NCBI GenBank assembly: GCA_964407355.1
Contig: CAYOVM010000003.1
Coordinates: forward strand, 1-40,777
Direction of reading: 5' to 3'
Length of the DNA: 40,777 nt
From: an uncultured Enterobacteriaceae bacterium
GTDB lineage: Bacteria; Pseudomonadota; Gammaproteobacteria; Burkholderiales; SG8-39
Shown here: in pieces, positions 8,162 to 16,562 of the stretch
Layout of the letters: the number at the start of each line of letters is the position of its first letter
Numbering within the stretch: position 1 is the stretch's first letter
Notes under the pieces: model-generated
Seen by the model: only the letters and a program-made list of their open reading frames with translations
Databases searched by the model: none
What the model was told of the DNA's origin: nothing
Program-made: the position numbers and the translations under genes

Positions 8162-8620
8162 GTGGACGCGATCGTCAACGCCGCGAACGGCCACCTCGCG
8201 CACGGCGGCGGCATTGCCGGGATCCTTTCGCGCGCCGCCGGGCCGGGGCTGCAGGAAGAATCCGACCGCGTCGCGCGCGAGCAGGGCCCCTTCCCTTCGG
8301 GATCGGCGGTCGTGACGGGCGCCGGCAAACTGCCGTTCAAGGGAATCATCCACGCCGTCGGCCCGCGCTTTGGCGAAGGCGACGAGGAGCGCAAGCTCAC
8401 CGAGGCGCTCACCTCGGCCTTCGCACGCGCCGGCGAGCGCGGCTGGAGCTCCGTGTCATTTCCGGCGGTGTCGGCCGGCATCTTCGCCGTCCCCCTCGAC
8501 ATCTGCGCCCGTGCCTACCTGTCCGCGGCTCGAACCGCCCGTCTCAGTAAGGTAAGGCTATGCTTGCGCGACCAACCCGTCATCGACGCGGTACTCAGGG
8601 AGATGCAACATGGTTCGTAG
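8162..8620 (+). CDS. Macro domain protein (ADP-ribose binding / (O-acetyl-)ADP-ribose hydrolase family); start codon unresolved
   Basis: Macrodomain motifs are DAIVNAANGHLAHGGGIAG, IIHAVGP and SFPAVSAGIFAVP. The first canonical start in this frame is GTG 8162. The conserved first beta-strand (LFQVVQGNLLEEP) is encoded at 8123-8161, upstream of that start. See findings. Confidence 0.75.
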   Translation: MDAIVNAANGHLAHGGGIAGILSRAAGPGLQEESDRVAREQGPFPSGSAVVTGAGKLPFKGIIHAVGPRFGEGDEERKLTEALTSAFARAGERGWSSVSFPAVSAGIFAVPLDICARAYLSAARTARLSKVRLCLRDQPVIDAVLREMQHGS

Positions 8621-9203
8621 CCTTGTTTTTGCCCTTCTTCTGTCGAATTCGTTTTTCTTGCAAGCCCAGAACCTGCAGAAAGCAACCTTCGCCGCAGGCT
8701 GCTTCTGGTGCGCGGAGGAGGCGTTCGAGAAAGTGCCGGGCGTGACAGCCGCGGTCTCCGGCTACATCGGCGGCAAGACGAAAAATCCGAGTTACGAGCA
8801 GGTTTCTTCGGGCATGACAGGCCATACCGAAGCCGTGCAGGTGACCTACGATCCCGCCAAGGTGAGCTACGAGCGGCTGCTCGAGGTGTTCTGGCTGAAC
8901 CACGATCCGACGGTGACCGACCGGCAATTCTGCGACAGCGGGTCGCAATACCGGCCGGCCATCTTCGTCTACAACGAGGAGCAGAAGAAGCTCGCTGAGG
9001 CGTCGAAAGCGAAGTGGGAGAAGAATAAGCCGTTCAAGCAGCCGATCCTGACTCCCATCGCGCAGGCGGGCGAGTTCTGGCCGGCCGAGGACTATCACCA
9101 GGACTATTACAAGAAGAACCCGGTGAGATACAAGTTCTACGTCACCGGCTGCGGCCGCTACGACCGGCTCGACCAGCTCTGGGGCGCGCTCCGGAAGAAG
9201 TAG
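8610..9203 (+). CDS. msrA: Peptide-methionine (S)-S-oxide reductase MsrA with an N-terminal signal peptide
   Basis: Active-site GCFWC and a conserved MsrA core (GHTEAVQVTYDP, LLEVFW..HDPT, YRPAIF, EDYHQDYY). The N-terminus MVRSLVFALLLSNSFFLQAQN looks like a Sec signal peptide. It overlaps the macro gene by 11 nt. Confidence 0.9.
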   Translation: MVRSLVFALLLSNSFFLQAQNLQKATFAAGCFWCAEEAFEKVPGVTAAVSGYIGGKTKNPSYEQVSSGMTGHTEAVQVTYDPAKVSYERLLEVFWLNHDPTVTDRQFCDSGSQYRPAIFVYNEEQKKLAEASKAKWEKNKPFKQPILTPIAQAGEFWPAEDYHQDYYKKNPVRYKFYVTGCGRYDRLDQLWGALRKK

Positions 9204-9218
9204 AGCGCGTCGGTCTAA

Positions 9219-9476
9219 TTACTTGTCGCGAGTGTGCCCGTGGCCCTCGTGCGGCACCTTTGAGGGCTGGCTCAGCGCCGGGTCTTCTTCCTTCGCGTGC
9301 TTCTTGCCGATGCGCTCGGCCTTCTGCATCGCGTGCGCTTCTTCCTCGGATTTCGGCGCCGCGTCGCGCGCCGCCTGCTCCACCTTGCCGGAGTCGACGA
9401 ATTTCTTCGTCCGCTCGTTGTACTCCTTGCCGGCCGTGTAGCTGCCCTCGCCTTCAACCTTGTCTTTGCGGTCCAT
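9219..9476 (-). CDS. Small hydrophilic hypothetical protein (85 aa; 87 aa if ATG 9482 is used)
   Basis: Charged Lys/Glu-rich ORF (MDRKDKVEGEGSYTAGKEYNERTKKFVDSGKVEQAARD...). The second ATG (9476) lies 6 nt after AGGAG, while the first ATG (9482) abuts the SD. I recognise no family. Confidence 0.5.
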   Translation of the reverse strand: MDRKDKVEGEGSYTAGKEYNERTKKFVDSGKVEQAARDAAPKSEEEAHAMQKAERIGKKHAKEEDPALSQPSKVPHEGHGHTRDK

Positions 9477-9482
9477 GCGCAT

Positions 9483-9504
9483 CTCCTGAAAGTACGTTCA
9501 GGAG
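9483..9504 (-). promoter_or_regulatory. 8-bp stem-loop whose 3' arm contains the SD of the small downstream ORF
   Basis: Minus-strand RNA is CUCCUGAA-CGUACU-UUCAGGAG followed by AUGCGCAUG. The arms are 9497-9504 and 9483-9490. There is no U-tract. Confidence 0.4.
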
Positions 9505-9534
9505 GGAGCGAGCAAGGCGCGTGCCTGATTTACG

Positions 9535-9729
9535 CTACTCCAGCTCCTCGATCCATGCCATCTGGATGGCCTCGAGGATCTTCTCGCCGCAGCGGCCCGG
9601 CTCGTCGGCGAAACCGTCGAGCTCCATCACCCATTTGTAGAGGTCCGTGAAGCGGACCTTGGCCGGGTCCTGCTCGGGGTATTTTTCGGATAGCGCAATG
9701 GCGATATCGAGCGTATCGGTCCATTTCAT
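9535..9729 (-). CDS. iscX: Fe-S assembly protein IscX
   Basis: 64 aa, MKWTDTLDIAIALSEKYPEQDP...ILEAIQMAWIEE, typical of IscX/YfhJ. Its ATG overlaps the fdx stop (ATGA). Confidence 0.9.
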   Translation of the reverse strand: MKWTDTLDIAIALSEKYPEQDPAKVRFTDLYKWVMELDGFADEPGRCGEKILEAIQMAWIEELE

Positions 9730-10076
9730 TTCTTGTTCCCCCCTCCTTCGCGCTCGTAGTTGATCGTGTACTTTGGAATTTCGATGACGAGGTCCGCGTC
9801 GGTGACCTTCGCCTGGCACGAAAGGCGCGACGTGGCCTCGAGCCCCCAGGCCTTGTCCAGCATGTCCTCTTCCTTCTCCTGCGCGGGCTCGAGCTCGTCG
9901 AAGCCTTCGCGCACGATCACGTGGCAGGTGGTGCACGCGCAGGATTTCTCGCAGGCGTGCTCGATGTCGATGTGATTCTCGAGCAGCGTGTCGCAAAGGG
10001 AAACGCCGGGCTTCGCCTGGATCTCCGCGCCCTGCGGACACAGGGTGGGATGCGGCAGCACCTTAAGCTTTGGCAT
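9726..10076 (-). CDS. fdx: ISC-system [2Fe-2S] ferredoxin
   Basis: MPKLKVLPH... with cluster ligands CEKSCACTTCH and LSCQ. It sits after hscA. Track ORF start 10088 is a TTG; ATG 10076 gives the canonical MPK N-terminus. Confidence 0.9.
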   Translation of the reverse strand: MPKLKVLPHPTLCPQGAEIQAKPGVSLCDTLLENHIDIEHACEKSCACTTCHVIVREGFDELEPAQEKEEDMLDKAWGLEATSRLSCQAKVTDADLVIEIPKYTINYEREGGGNKK

Positions 10077-10097
10077 TCCAGAGCTCAAAGCCGGGCA

Positions 10098-11960
10098 TCA
10101 GAGGGTGCCGATCTTGCGGCCGGCGAGCGCGCGGCGGATGCCTTCATCCATGCGCCGGCCGGCGAAATCCGCCGTGGCGCGGTTGAGATCCTCCGACGCC
10201 TGCTTGATTGCGCGATGATCGCGCCCCTCGAGGAGCTTTCTCAAGGCTTCGATTTTTTCCCGGATCAGCCGCGACTCCTCCGGGCCGAGCAGCGAAGCAT
10301 CGGCCTCCATCGCCGACAGGGTCGCCTCGATGAGGCGCTGGCCCTCTACGCGGTTCTCCGCGAGAGCGCGCGCATGGACGTCTTCCTTCGCGTGCTCGAA
10401 GGAATCGCGCAGCATGCGCTCGATGTCCCCATCCGCGAGCCCGTAGGACGGCTTGACGGTGACGGAGGCTTCCTTGCCGGAGGTTTTTTCCTTCGCGAAA
10501 ACGGAGAGAAGGCCGTCCGCATCGACCTGGAAGGTCACGAGGACGCGGCCGGCGCCGGCCGCCGTCGGCGGGAGTCCCTTGAGCTCGAAGCGCGCGAGCG
10601 AGCGGCAATCGGAGACGAGCTCGCGCTCGCCCTGGACGACGTGAAAGCTCATTCCGGTCTGGCCGTCCTTGAAGGTGGTGAACTCCTGGCCGCGCGCCGC
10701 GGGGATGGTGGTGTTGCGCGGCAGGATCTTCTCGACGAGGCCGCCCATGGTCTCGAGGCCCAGCGAAAGCGGAATCACGTCGAGCAGCAGCCAGTCGTCG
10801 CCCTGGGCCTTGTTGCCGGCGAGCACATTCGCCTGCATGGCCGCGCCGAGCGCCACGACCTTGTCCGGGTCGAGGTTGTTCAGCGGATCGCGCCGGAAGA
10901 ACTCGCCCACCGCGCGCTGGACCTGCGGCATGCGCGTGGCGCCGCCCACCATCACGACGCCTTTCACGTCCTGCGGACGCAGGCCGGCGTCCCGCAGCGC
11001 CTTGCGCGTCGGCCCGAGCGTCTTCTGCACCAGGTTGTGGGTCATGCCGCAGAAGGCCTCGGTGTCGAGCGTCACGTCGACCACGTCGCCGGTGGAGAGC
11101 TTGGCGGTGATCCGCGTCTCCGAATGGAACGACAGATACTCCTTCGCTTCGCGCGCCTTGACGAGAAGCAGCCGCATGTCGCGCGGCGCGAGGGGCGGCA
11201 GCTTGGCCTGCTCGACGATCCAGCAGAACACGCGCTGGTCGAAGTCGTCGCCGCCCAGCATCGAATCGCCGCTGGTCGCCACGACTTCGAAGATTCCTTT
11301 CGATAATTTCAAAATGGACAGATCGAAGGTCCCGCCGCCCAGGTCGTACACCGCGTAGATGCCTTCGGCCGCATTGTCGAGCCCATAGGCGACGGCCGCC
11401 GCCGTCGGCTCGTTCAGCAATCTGAGGACATTGAGGCCGGCGAGCCGGCCGGCGTCTTTGGTCGCCTGGCGCTGCGCGTCGTCGAAGTAGGCGGGGACCG
11501 TGATGACCGCCCCGCTCAAGTTCCCCTGCAGGGACTGCTCCGCACGCTCGCGCAGTACTTTCAGGATTTCGGCGGAAACTTCGACCGGACTTTTGACGCC
11601 CGCCGCGGTGCGGATCTGCAGCATCCCGGGCGCGTCGACGAAGTCGTAGGGCGTGCTCTCGATATGCGCCACATCCTTCACGCCGCGGCCCATGTAGCGC
11701 TTCACGGAAACGATGGTGTTCCTGGGATCGTCCGACTGGCGGGCCTGCGCCGGATAGCCGACGTCGACGCGGCCATCGGGAAAGTAGCGCACGATCGAGG
11801 GCAGCAGCGGCCGCCCGTAGGCGTCGGGCAGCACCGTCGCCGTGCCGCTGCGCACGGTCGCGACCAGCGAGTTGGTGGTGCCGAGGTCGATCCCGACCGC
11901 CAGCTTCCGCTCGTGCGGCGCCGGCGATTCGCCCGGCTCCGAGATTTGGAGGAGCGCCAT
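10098..11960 (-). CDS. hscA: Fe-S protein assembly chaperone HscA (Hsp70 family)
   Basis: [26 protein letters not shown]; 620 aa, Hsp70 ATPase and substrate-binding domains. The start ATG 11960 overlaps the hscB stop (TAATG). The longer track ORF to 12326 is an Arg-rich extension over hscB. Confidence 0.93.
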   Translation of the reverse strand: MALLQISEPGESPAPHERKLAVGIDLGTTNSLVATVRSGTATVLPDAYGRPLLPSIVRYFPDGRVDVGYPAQARQSDDPRNTIVSVKRYMGRGVKDVAHIESTPYDFVDAPGMLQIRTAAGVKSPVEVSAEILKVLRERAEQSLQGNLSGAVITVPAYFDDAQRQATKDAGRLAGLNVLRLLNEPTAAAVAYGLDNAAEGIYAVYDLGGGTFDLSILKLSKGIFEVVATSGDSMLGGDDFDQRVFCWIVEQAKLPPLAPRDMRLLLVKAREAKEYLSFHSETRITAKLSTGDVVDVTLDTEAFCGMTHNLVQKTLGPTRKALRDAGLRPQDVKGVVMVGGATRMPQVQRAVGEFFRRDPLNNLDPDKVVALGAAMQANVLAGNKAQGDDWLLLDVIPLSLGLETMGGLVEKILPRNTTIPAARGQEFTTFKDGQTGMSFHVVQGERELVSDCRSLARFELKGLPPTAAGAGRVLVTFQVDADGLLSVFAKEKTSGKEASVTVKPSYGLADGDIERMLRDSFEHAKEDVHARALAENRVEGQRLIEATLSAMEADASLLGPEESRLIREKIEALRKLLEGRDHRAIKQASEDLNRATADFAGRRMDEGIRRALAGRKIGTL

Positions 11961-12478
11961 TACTCGATGGCCGCGTATGCGGCGTCGATCTCGTCGTCGA
12001 TCTTCTGCAGGAACATGAGCCTGCGAACGAGGTCGGTCGCGTGGACGTAGTCTTTTCTTGCGTCGATGCTCTCGCCTATCTGGGCTTCGAGGAGCTTTCT
12101 TTTTCCCATCAGATCGCTCCGGAGAGAATCCAGAAACCCGGAATCCTTCTTCTGAATCGCGGCCTCCAGCTGCTCGCGGGTCTCGAGCTGCTGCAGGAGG
12201 AAGTCGGTCGGCATCTGGGTGTTCGTCTCGAAGCCGACGTCCACGCCGTGCAGCTCGAGGATGTATTTCGCACGCTGCACCGGGTCCCTGAGGGCGCTGT
12301 AAGCCTCGTTCACGCGCGTCGTCCATTGCATCGAGGCGCGCCGCTCGCTATCGGCTGCCTGGGCATAGCGGTCGGGGTGGACAAGGGTCTGCAGCTCTTT
12401 GTAGGAATTCTCGAGCCGCTCGGTATCGAGCGAATAGGCCGGCGCCAGGTCGAACAGCTCAAAATGGTTGCGCGTCAT
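11960..12478 (-). CDS. hscB: Fe-S protein assembly co-chaperone HscB (J-domain)
   Basis: 172 aa. The J-domain has HPD ([10 protein letters not shown]). The C-terminal helical domain and the position between iscA and hscA both fit. Confidence 0.9.
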   Translation of the reverse strand: MTRNHFELFDLAPAYSLDTERLENSYKELQTLVHPDRYAQAADSERRASMQWTTRVNEAYSALRDPVQRAKYILELHGVDVGFETNTQMPTDFLLQQLETREQLEAAIQKKDSGFLDSLRSDLMGKRKLLEAQIGESIDARKDYVHATDLVRRLMFLQKIDDEIDAAYAAIE

Positions 12479-12497
12479 GTGCCGCGGTTCGAGGTAC

Positions 12498-12514
12498 GGC
12501 CGGCGGCGCCGGCC
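12498..12514 (-). other. GC-rich inverted repeat in the iscA-hscB intergenic spacer (possible intra-operon RNA hairpin)
   Basis: GGCCGGCGGCGCCGGCC is a near-perfect palindrome within the 48-nt spacer. There is no U-tract. Confidence 0.3.
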
Positions 12515-12526
12515 GTCGACTGCGGG

Positions 12527-12850
12527 CTAGACGTTGAAGCTCTCTCCACAGCCGCACTCGTCCTTGACGTTGGGATTGCGGAACTTGAACCCCTCGTTGA
12601 GGCCTTCGCGGGTGTAGTCGAGCTCGGTGCCTTCCAGGTACGGCAGGCTCTTCGGGTCGATCAGCAGCTTGACGCCATGGCTCTCGAACTGCACGTCGTC
12701 CGGATTGGTGGCGTCGGCGAACTCGAGCTTGTACGCCATCCCGGAGCAGCCGGACGTGCGCACTCCGAGCCGCAGCCCGACGCCCTTACCGCGCTTGGAA
12801 AGGTAGGACTGGACGTGGTTTGCGGCTTTCTCGGTGAGAGTGACTGCCAT
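12527..12850 (-). CDS. iscA: Iron-sulfur cluster assembly protein IscA (A-type carrier)
   Basis: 107 aa, [29 protein letters not shown]. Its ATG overlaps the iscU stop (TGATG). Confidence 0.93.
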   Translation of the reverse strand: MAVTLTEKAANHVQSYLSKRGKGVGLRLGVRTSGCSGMAYKLEFADATNPDDVQFESHGVKLLIDPKSLPYLEGTELDYTREGLNEGFKFRNPNVKDECGCGESFNV

Positions 12851-13278
12851 CAGGCGACCTTCTTTTCCTCGGTGACGGCAGCGGCGGCGGTAGCGGCCTC
12901 GCCGTGCTTCTTGCGGTAGTCCTCGACCGCCGCCTTGATCGCGTCCTCGGCCAGGATCGAGCAGTGGATCTTCACCGGGGGCAGCGACAGCTCCTGGGCG
13001 ATCTGGGTGTTCTTGATCGTCGTCGCCTCGTCGAGCGTCTTGCCCTTCACCCATTCGGTCACGAGCGAGCTCGAGGCGATCGCCGAGCCGCAGCCGTAGG
13101 TCTTGAAGCGCGCGTCCTCGATGCGCCCGTCGGGGCCCACGCGGATCTGCAGCTTCATCACGTCGCCGCAGGCCGGCGCGCCGACCATGCCGGTGCCCAC
13201 CGCGTCGTCGCCCTTGTCGAAAGAACCCACGTTGCGGGGGTTCTCGTAGTGATCCAGTACTTTGTCGCTGTATGCCAT
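12850..13278 (-). CDS. iscU: Fe-S cluster assembly scaffold IscU
   Basis: [47 protein letters not shown]. 142 aa with a short Ala/Glu/Lys C-terminal extension. Confidence 0.95.
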   Translation of the reverse strand: MAYSDKVLDHYENPRNVGSFDKGDDAVGTGMVGAPACGDVMKLQIRVGPDGRIEDARFKTYGCGSAIASSSLVTEWVKGKTLDEATTIKNTQIAQELSLPPVKIHCSILAEDAIKAAVEDYRKKHGEAATAAAAVTEEKKVA

Positions 13279-13287
13279 TTCAGACTC

Positions 13288-14496
13288 CTAGTGTGCGGCC
13301 CATTGAACAGAGTTCAAGTCCACTCCGTCCTTGTACATTTCCCAAAGGGGCGAAAGCTCCCTTAGCTTCAATACTTTTTTCCTGAGCAGATCGGCGGCGA
13401 AATCCACTTCCTGCTCGGTGGTGAAGCGGCCGAGCGTGAGGCGCACCGAGCTGTGCGCCAGCTCGTCCGAGCGCCCGAGCGCCCGCAGCACGTACGACGG
13501 CTCGAGCGACGCGGAGGTGCAGGCCGAGCCCGACGACACGGCGATGTCCTTCACCGCCATGATGAGCGACTCGCCTTCGACGAAGTTGAAGCTGACGTTG
13601 AGGTTGTGCGGGATGCGGCGCTCGAGGTCGCCGTTCACGTACACCTCCTCCATGTCCTTGATTCTGTCCCACAGCCGGTCGCGCAGCGCGCCGATGCGGC
13701 GGTTCTCCTCCGCCATCTCGAGCTTCGCGAGGCGCGCCGCCTCGCCGAAGCCGGCGATCTGGTGCGTCGCGAGCGTTCCCGAGCGGAAACCCCGCTCGTG
13801 GCCGCCGCCGTGGATTTGCGCCTCGATCCGCACCCGGGGCTTGCGCCGCACGTACAGCGCACCGATGCCTTTGGGGCCGTAGATCTTGTGCGCGGTGATC
13901 GTCAGGAGGTCGGCCTTGAACTTCTGCATGTCGATCTCCACGCGGCCCGCGCCCTGCACGGCGTCGCAGTGGAAGATGATCCCCTTCGCCTTGCAGATGT
14001 CGGCGATCTCCCACACCGGCTGGATCACGCCGATCTCGTTGTTCACCATCATGATCGACGCGAGGATGGTGTCCGGCCGGATCGCCGCCTTGAACTTCTC
14101 GATATCGACCAGGCCGTTCTGCTCCACTTCGAGGTAGGTCGCCTCGAAGCCCTGGCGCTCGAGCTCGCGGAAGGTGTCGAGCACGGCCTTGTGCTCGGTC
14201 TTCTGCGTGATCAGGTGCTTGCCCTTCGTCTTGTAGAAATTGGCCGCGCCCTTGATCGCGAGGTTGTTGCCCTCGGTGGCGCCGGAGGTCCAGATGATCT
14301 CCTTCGAATCGGCGCCGATCAGCGCCGCCACGTGCTCGCGCGCCTCCTCGACCGCTTCCTCGGCTTTCCAGCCGAAGGCGTGCGAGCGGCTCGCCGCGTT
14401 GCCGAAGTGCTCCGTGAGATACGGAATCATCTTGGCCGCGACGCGCGGATCGACCGGCGTGGTCGCCGAGTAGTCGAGGTAGATCGGCAGCTTCAC
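13288..14496 (-). CDS. iscS: Cysteine desulfurase IscS
   Basis: GTG 14496 gives [19 protein letters not shown] and overlaps the iscR stop (GTGA). The PLP lysine is in [12 protein letters not shown] and the active-site loop is SSGSACTS. 402 aa. The 76 upstream codons of the track ORF overlap iscR and are rejected. Confidence 0.93.
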   Translation of the reverse strand: MKLPIYLDYSATTPVDPRVAAKMIPYLTEHFGNAASRSHAFGWKAEEAVEEAREHVAALIGADSKEIIWTSGATEGNNLAIKGAANFYKTKGKHLITQKTEHKAVLDTFRELERQGFEATYLEVEQNGLVDIEKFKAAIRPDTILASIMMVNNEIGVIQPVWEIADICKAKGIIFHCDAVQGAGRVEIDMQKFKADLLTITAHKIYGPKGIGALYVRRKPRVRIEAQIHGGGHERGFRSGTLATHQIAGFGEAARLAKLEMAEENRRIGALRDRLWDRIKDMEEVYVNGDLERRIPHNLNVSFNFVEGESLIMAVKDIAVSSGSACTSASLEPSYVLRALGRSDELAHSSVRLTLGRFTTEQEVDFAADLLRKKVLKLRELSPLWEMYKDGVDLNSVQWAAH

Positions 14497-14996
14497 GCGG
14501 CCACCTTCTCGGGTTTCTCCGCCGGCCCGGGTTTCTGCCCCGCGTCGGTTTTCTCCGCCGGGCGGAAATCCTTGATGACCGCCACCGGCTTGCCGTTCTG
14601 GTGCGCGACGAGGTCTCCCAGCGTCACGGAAGAAAGGTACTCGTACATCTTCTCGTTCAGCGTCGCCCACAGATCGTGCGTCATGCAGCGCTTTTCGTCG
14701 TGGCAGTTTTCCTTGCCGCCGCATTGCGTCGCGTCGAGCGTCTCGTCGACCGCGGTGACGATCTCGGCCACCGAGATGCCGGCCGCGGGCCGCGCCAGGT
14801 TGTAGCCGCCGCCGGGGCCGCGCACGCTGGAGACGAGCTTGTGCCGGCGCAGCTTGCCGAAGAGCTGCTCGAGGTAGGAAAGGGAGATGTGCTGGCGCTC
14901 GCTGATCGCCGCCAGCGTGACGGGACCGCGCGTCTGGCGCATCGCCAGATCCACCATCGCGGTTACTGCGAACCTGCCTTTAGTCGTGAGTCTCAT
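14493..14996 (-). CDS. iscR: Rrf2-family Fe-S cluster regulator IscR
   Basis: [18 protein letters not shown]... is a winged-helix N-terminus. The cluster ligand pattern is C-x5-C-x5-C-x2-H ([20 protein letters not shown]). It heads the isc operon. Confidence 0.93.
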   Translation of the reverse strand: MRLTTKGRFAVTAMVDLAMRQTRGPVTLAAISERQHISLSYLEQLFGKLRRHKLVSSVRGPGGGYNLARPAAGISVAEIVTAVDETLDATQCGGKENCHDEKRCMTHDLWATLNEKMYEYLSSVTLGDLVAHQNGKPVAVIKDFRPAEKTDAGQKPGPAEKPEKVAA

Positions 14997-15012
14997 GTGC
15001 GTTCCAAATCCA

Positions 15013-15066
15013 ATACTTGATCAAGTTGCTCAAGTATACAGAAATCCGAGTGAATTTGTCAACTTC
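15013..15066 (-). promoter_or_regulatory. iscR promoter (TTGACA-N18-TATACT) overlapped by two IscR type-1-like operator sites
   Basis: The minus strand reads GAAGTTGACAAATTCACTCGGATTTCTGTATACTTGAGCAACTTGATCAAGTAT. The -35 is plus-strand 15057-15062 and the -10 is 15033-15038. The 25-mer ATACTTGAGCAACTTGATCAAGTAT (15013-15037) fits most positions of the E. coli type-1 consensus ATASYYGACTRWWWYAGTCRRSTAT. AGTTGACAAATTCACTCGG resembles E. coli iscR site A. Confidence 0.6.
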
Positions 15067-15069
15067 TAA

Positions 15070-15774
15070 CTACTTGATGGCGCGTATGTTCTTATCCGCG
15101 CTGTCCGCCCGTTCGAGCCTGGCGAGCCGCTCTTTGAGGACCGCGATGCTCTGCTCGAGCTCGCGCGAGTGCTCGACAAGTGACTGGATCGCCTTCGCAT
15201 ACGGGTCGTCGTGCTCCTGCACCACCGCATACGCGGCGAAGCGCGCCCGCGTGGCCGCGCCGTCTTCGATTATTCGTCCTGGAATGCCGACCACCGTGAC
15301 GCCGGGCGGAACCTCCTTGACGACGACGGCATTCGAGCCGATGCGCGCGCCGGCGCCGACCGTGAAGCCGCCAAGCACTTTCGCGCCCGCCGCGACCATC
15401 ACGCCCGGACCGAGCGTCGGATGGCGCTTCTCTCCCCTGTAGAGCGAGGTGCCGCCGAGCGTCACGCCCTGATAGATAGTGCAGCCGTCGCCGACCTCGG
15501 CGGTCTCGCCGATCACGACGCCCATGCCGTGATCGATGAACACGCAATTGCCGATCTTCGCGCCCGGGTGGATCTCGATGCCGGTCAGCCAGCGGCCGAA
15601 GTTCGAGGTGAAGCGTCCGAGCCAAAGCAGGCCGTGCAGCCAGAACCAGCGCGCGAGCTTGTGGATGTAGATGGCGTGCAGCCCCGGGTAGCAGGTCAGC
15701 ACTTCCCAGGTCGAGCGGGCCGCCGGATCGCGATCCAGGATGCAGGCTATGTCGCTACGGAGCTTGGTGAACAT
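15070..15774 (-). CDS. cysE: Serine O-acetyltransferase
   Basis: 234 aa with left-handed beta-helix hexapeptide repeats ([38 protein letters not shown]). The N-terminus [21 protein letters not shown] is typical of CysE. There is a C-terminal coiled-coil-like tail. Confidence 0.88.
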   Translation of the reverse strand: MFTKLRSDIACILDRDPAARSTWEVLTCYPGLHAIYIHKLARWFWLHGLLWLGRFTSNFGRWLTGIEIHPGAKIGNCVFIDHGMGVVIGETAEVGDGCTIYQGVTLGGTSLYRGEKRHPTLGPGVMVAAGAKVLGGFTVGAGARIGSNAVVVKEVPPGVTVVGIPGRIIEDGAATRARFAAYAVVQEHDDPYAKAIQSLVEHSRELEQSIAVLKERLARLERADSADKNIRAIK

Positions 15775-15809
15775 GCGCGAATCTTAGATTGTCCGACTGA
15801 TTCGATCAA

Positions 15810-16535
15810 CTATTCCGAAGGCTGTTTCGCGCCCTTCTTCCCCGACAGCAGCGCCTTCAGCAGCCCCCGGACGATATTGACCTCCTCGCGCGTGAGCCCC
15901 GGAACGCGTGAAAAGAGGCGCCGCAGCCGCTCCGGCAGCTTCGAGCCGGTCTCGGGCACGTGGAACCCGCTTTTCACCGCGGCCTCGTGCAGGTGGGCAT
16001 ACAGACCTTCGATGTCCGCGACCGTGGCGAGCTTTTCGCTTTGCGGCTGAAGAACGGACGAATGGGAAGCCATGAAAAGCTCGTACGCCGCCACTTGCAC
16101 CGCTTGGGCGAGGTTGAGCGAGCTGAATTGCGCGCTCGCGGGAATGTGCACGAGATACTGGCAGGCGAACATCTCGTCGTTGGTGAGCCCGGCCTGTTCG
16201 TTGCCGAACACGAACGCGACCGGCCCGTCGAGCTCGTGCGCCCGCGCCGCGGCGGCGCGAAGCTCGAGCACCTGCGGCGACCATTCGCGCGGCCGCGCCG
16301 ACATCGCGAAGGCCGCCACGCAATCCTTTACTGCTTCCTCCAGGCTTGCATGAACCGTCGAATTTTTTAAGACATCCCCCGCATTGGTGGCCATCCAGTC
16401 CGCCTCCTTCGCCGGAAAGCGCTCCGGCGCCACGAGGCGCAGGTCGGCGAGGCCCATCGTCTTCATCGCGCGCGCCGCCGAGCCGATGTTTCCCGGATGG
16501 CTCGGCCTGCACAGAACGATTCGGATTCGATTCAT
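15810..16535 (-). CDS. trmJ: tRNA (cytidine/uridine-2'-O)-methyltransferase TrmJ (SpoU/TrmH family)
   Basis: MNRIRIVLCRPSHPGNIGSAARAMKTMG, FVFGNEQAGLT, HIPASAQFSSLNLAQAV. It is divergent from suhB, as in enterobacterial synteny. ATG 16535 is preferred over the 11-codon-longer track start. Confidence 0.88.
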   Translation of the reverse strand: MNRIRIVLCRPSHPGNIGSAARAMKTMGLADLRLVAPERFPAKEADWMATNAGDVLKNSTVHASLEEAVKDCVAAFAMSARPREWSPQVLELRAAAARAHELDGPVAFVFGNEQAGLTNDEMFACQYLVHIPASAQFSSLNLAQAVQVAAYELFMASHSSVLQPQSEKLATVADIEGLYAHLHEAAVKSGFHVPETGSKLPERLRRLFSRVPGLTREEVNIVRGLLKALLSGKKGAKQPSE

Positions 16536-16547
16536 GGCACCACAGTC

Positions 16548-16553
16548 TAGAAT
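16548..16553 (+). promoter_or_regulatory. -10-like TAGAAT 9 nt upstream of the suhB ATG
   Basis: It lies in the 27-nt trmJ/suhB divergent spacer. There is no SD between it and ATG 16563. Confidence 0.3.
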
Positions 16554-16562
16554 ACCGCCCCC

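Noticed and set aside
9921-12919. Plus-strand ORFs 9921..11306 and 12041..12919, and the N-terminal extension of hscA (to 12326).
   Set aside because: They are antisense or off-frame relative to the unmistakable fdx/hscA/hscB/iscA genes. The hscA extension is Arg-rich and overlaps hscB, and the canonical [10 protein letters not shown] start fits the HscA length.
13453-14805. 450-aa plus-strand ORF and the 76-codon upstream extension of iscS (14497..14724).
   Set aside because: The plus-strand ORF is antisense to iscS and iscR. The iscS extension overlaps iscR in another frame, and GTG 14496 yields the canonical (M)[14 protein letters not shown]-terminus.
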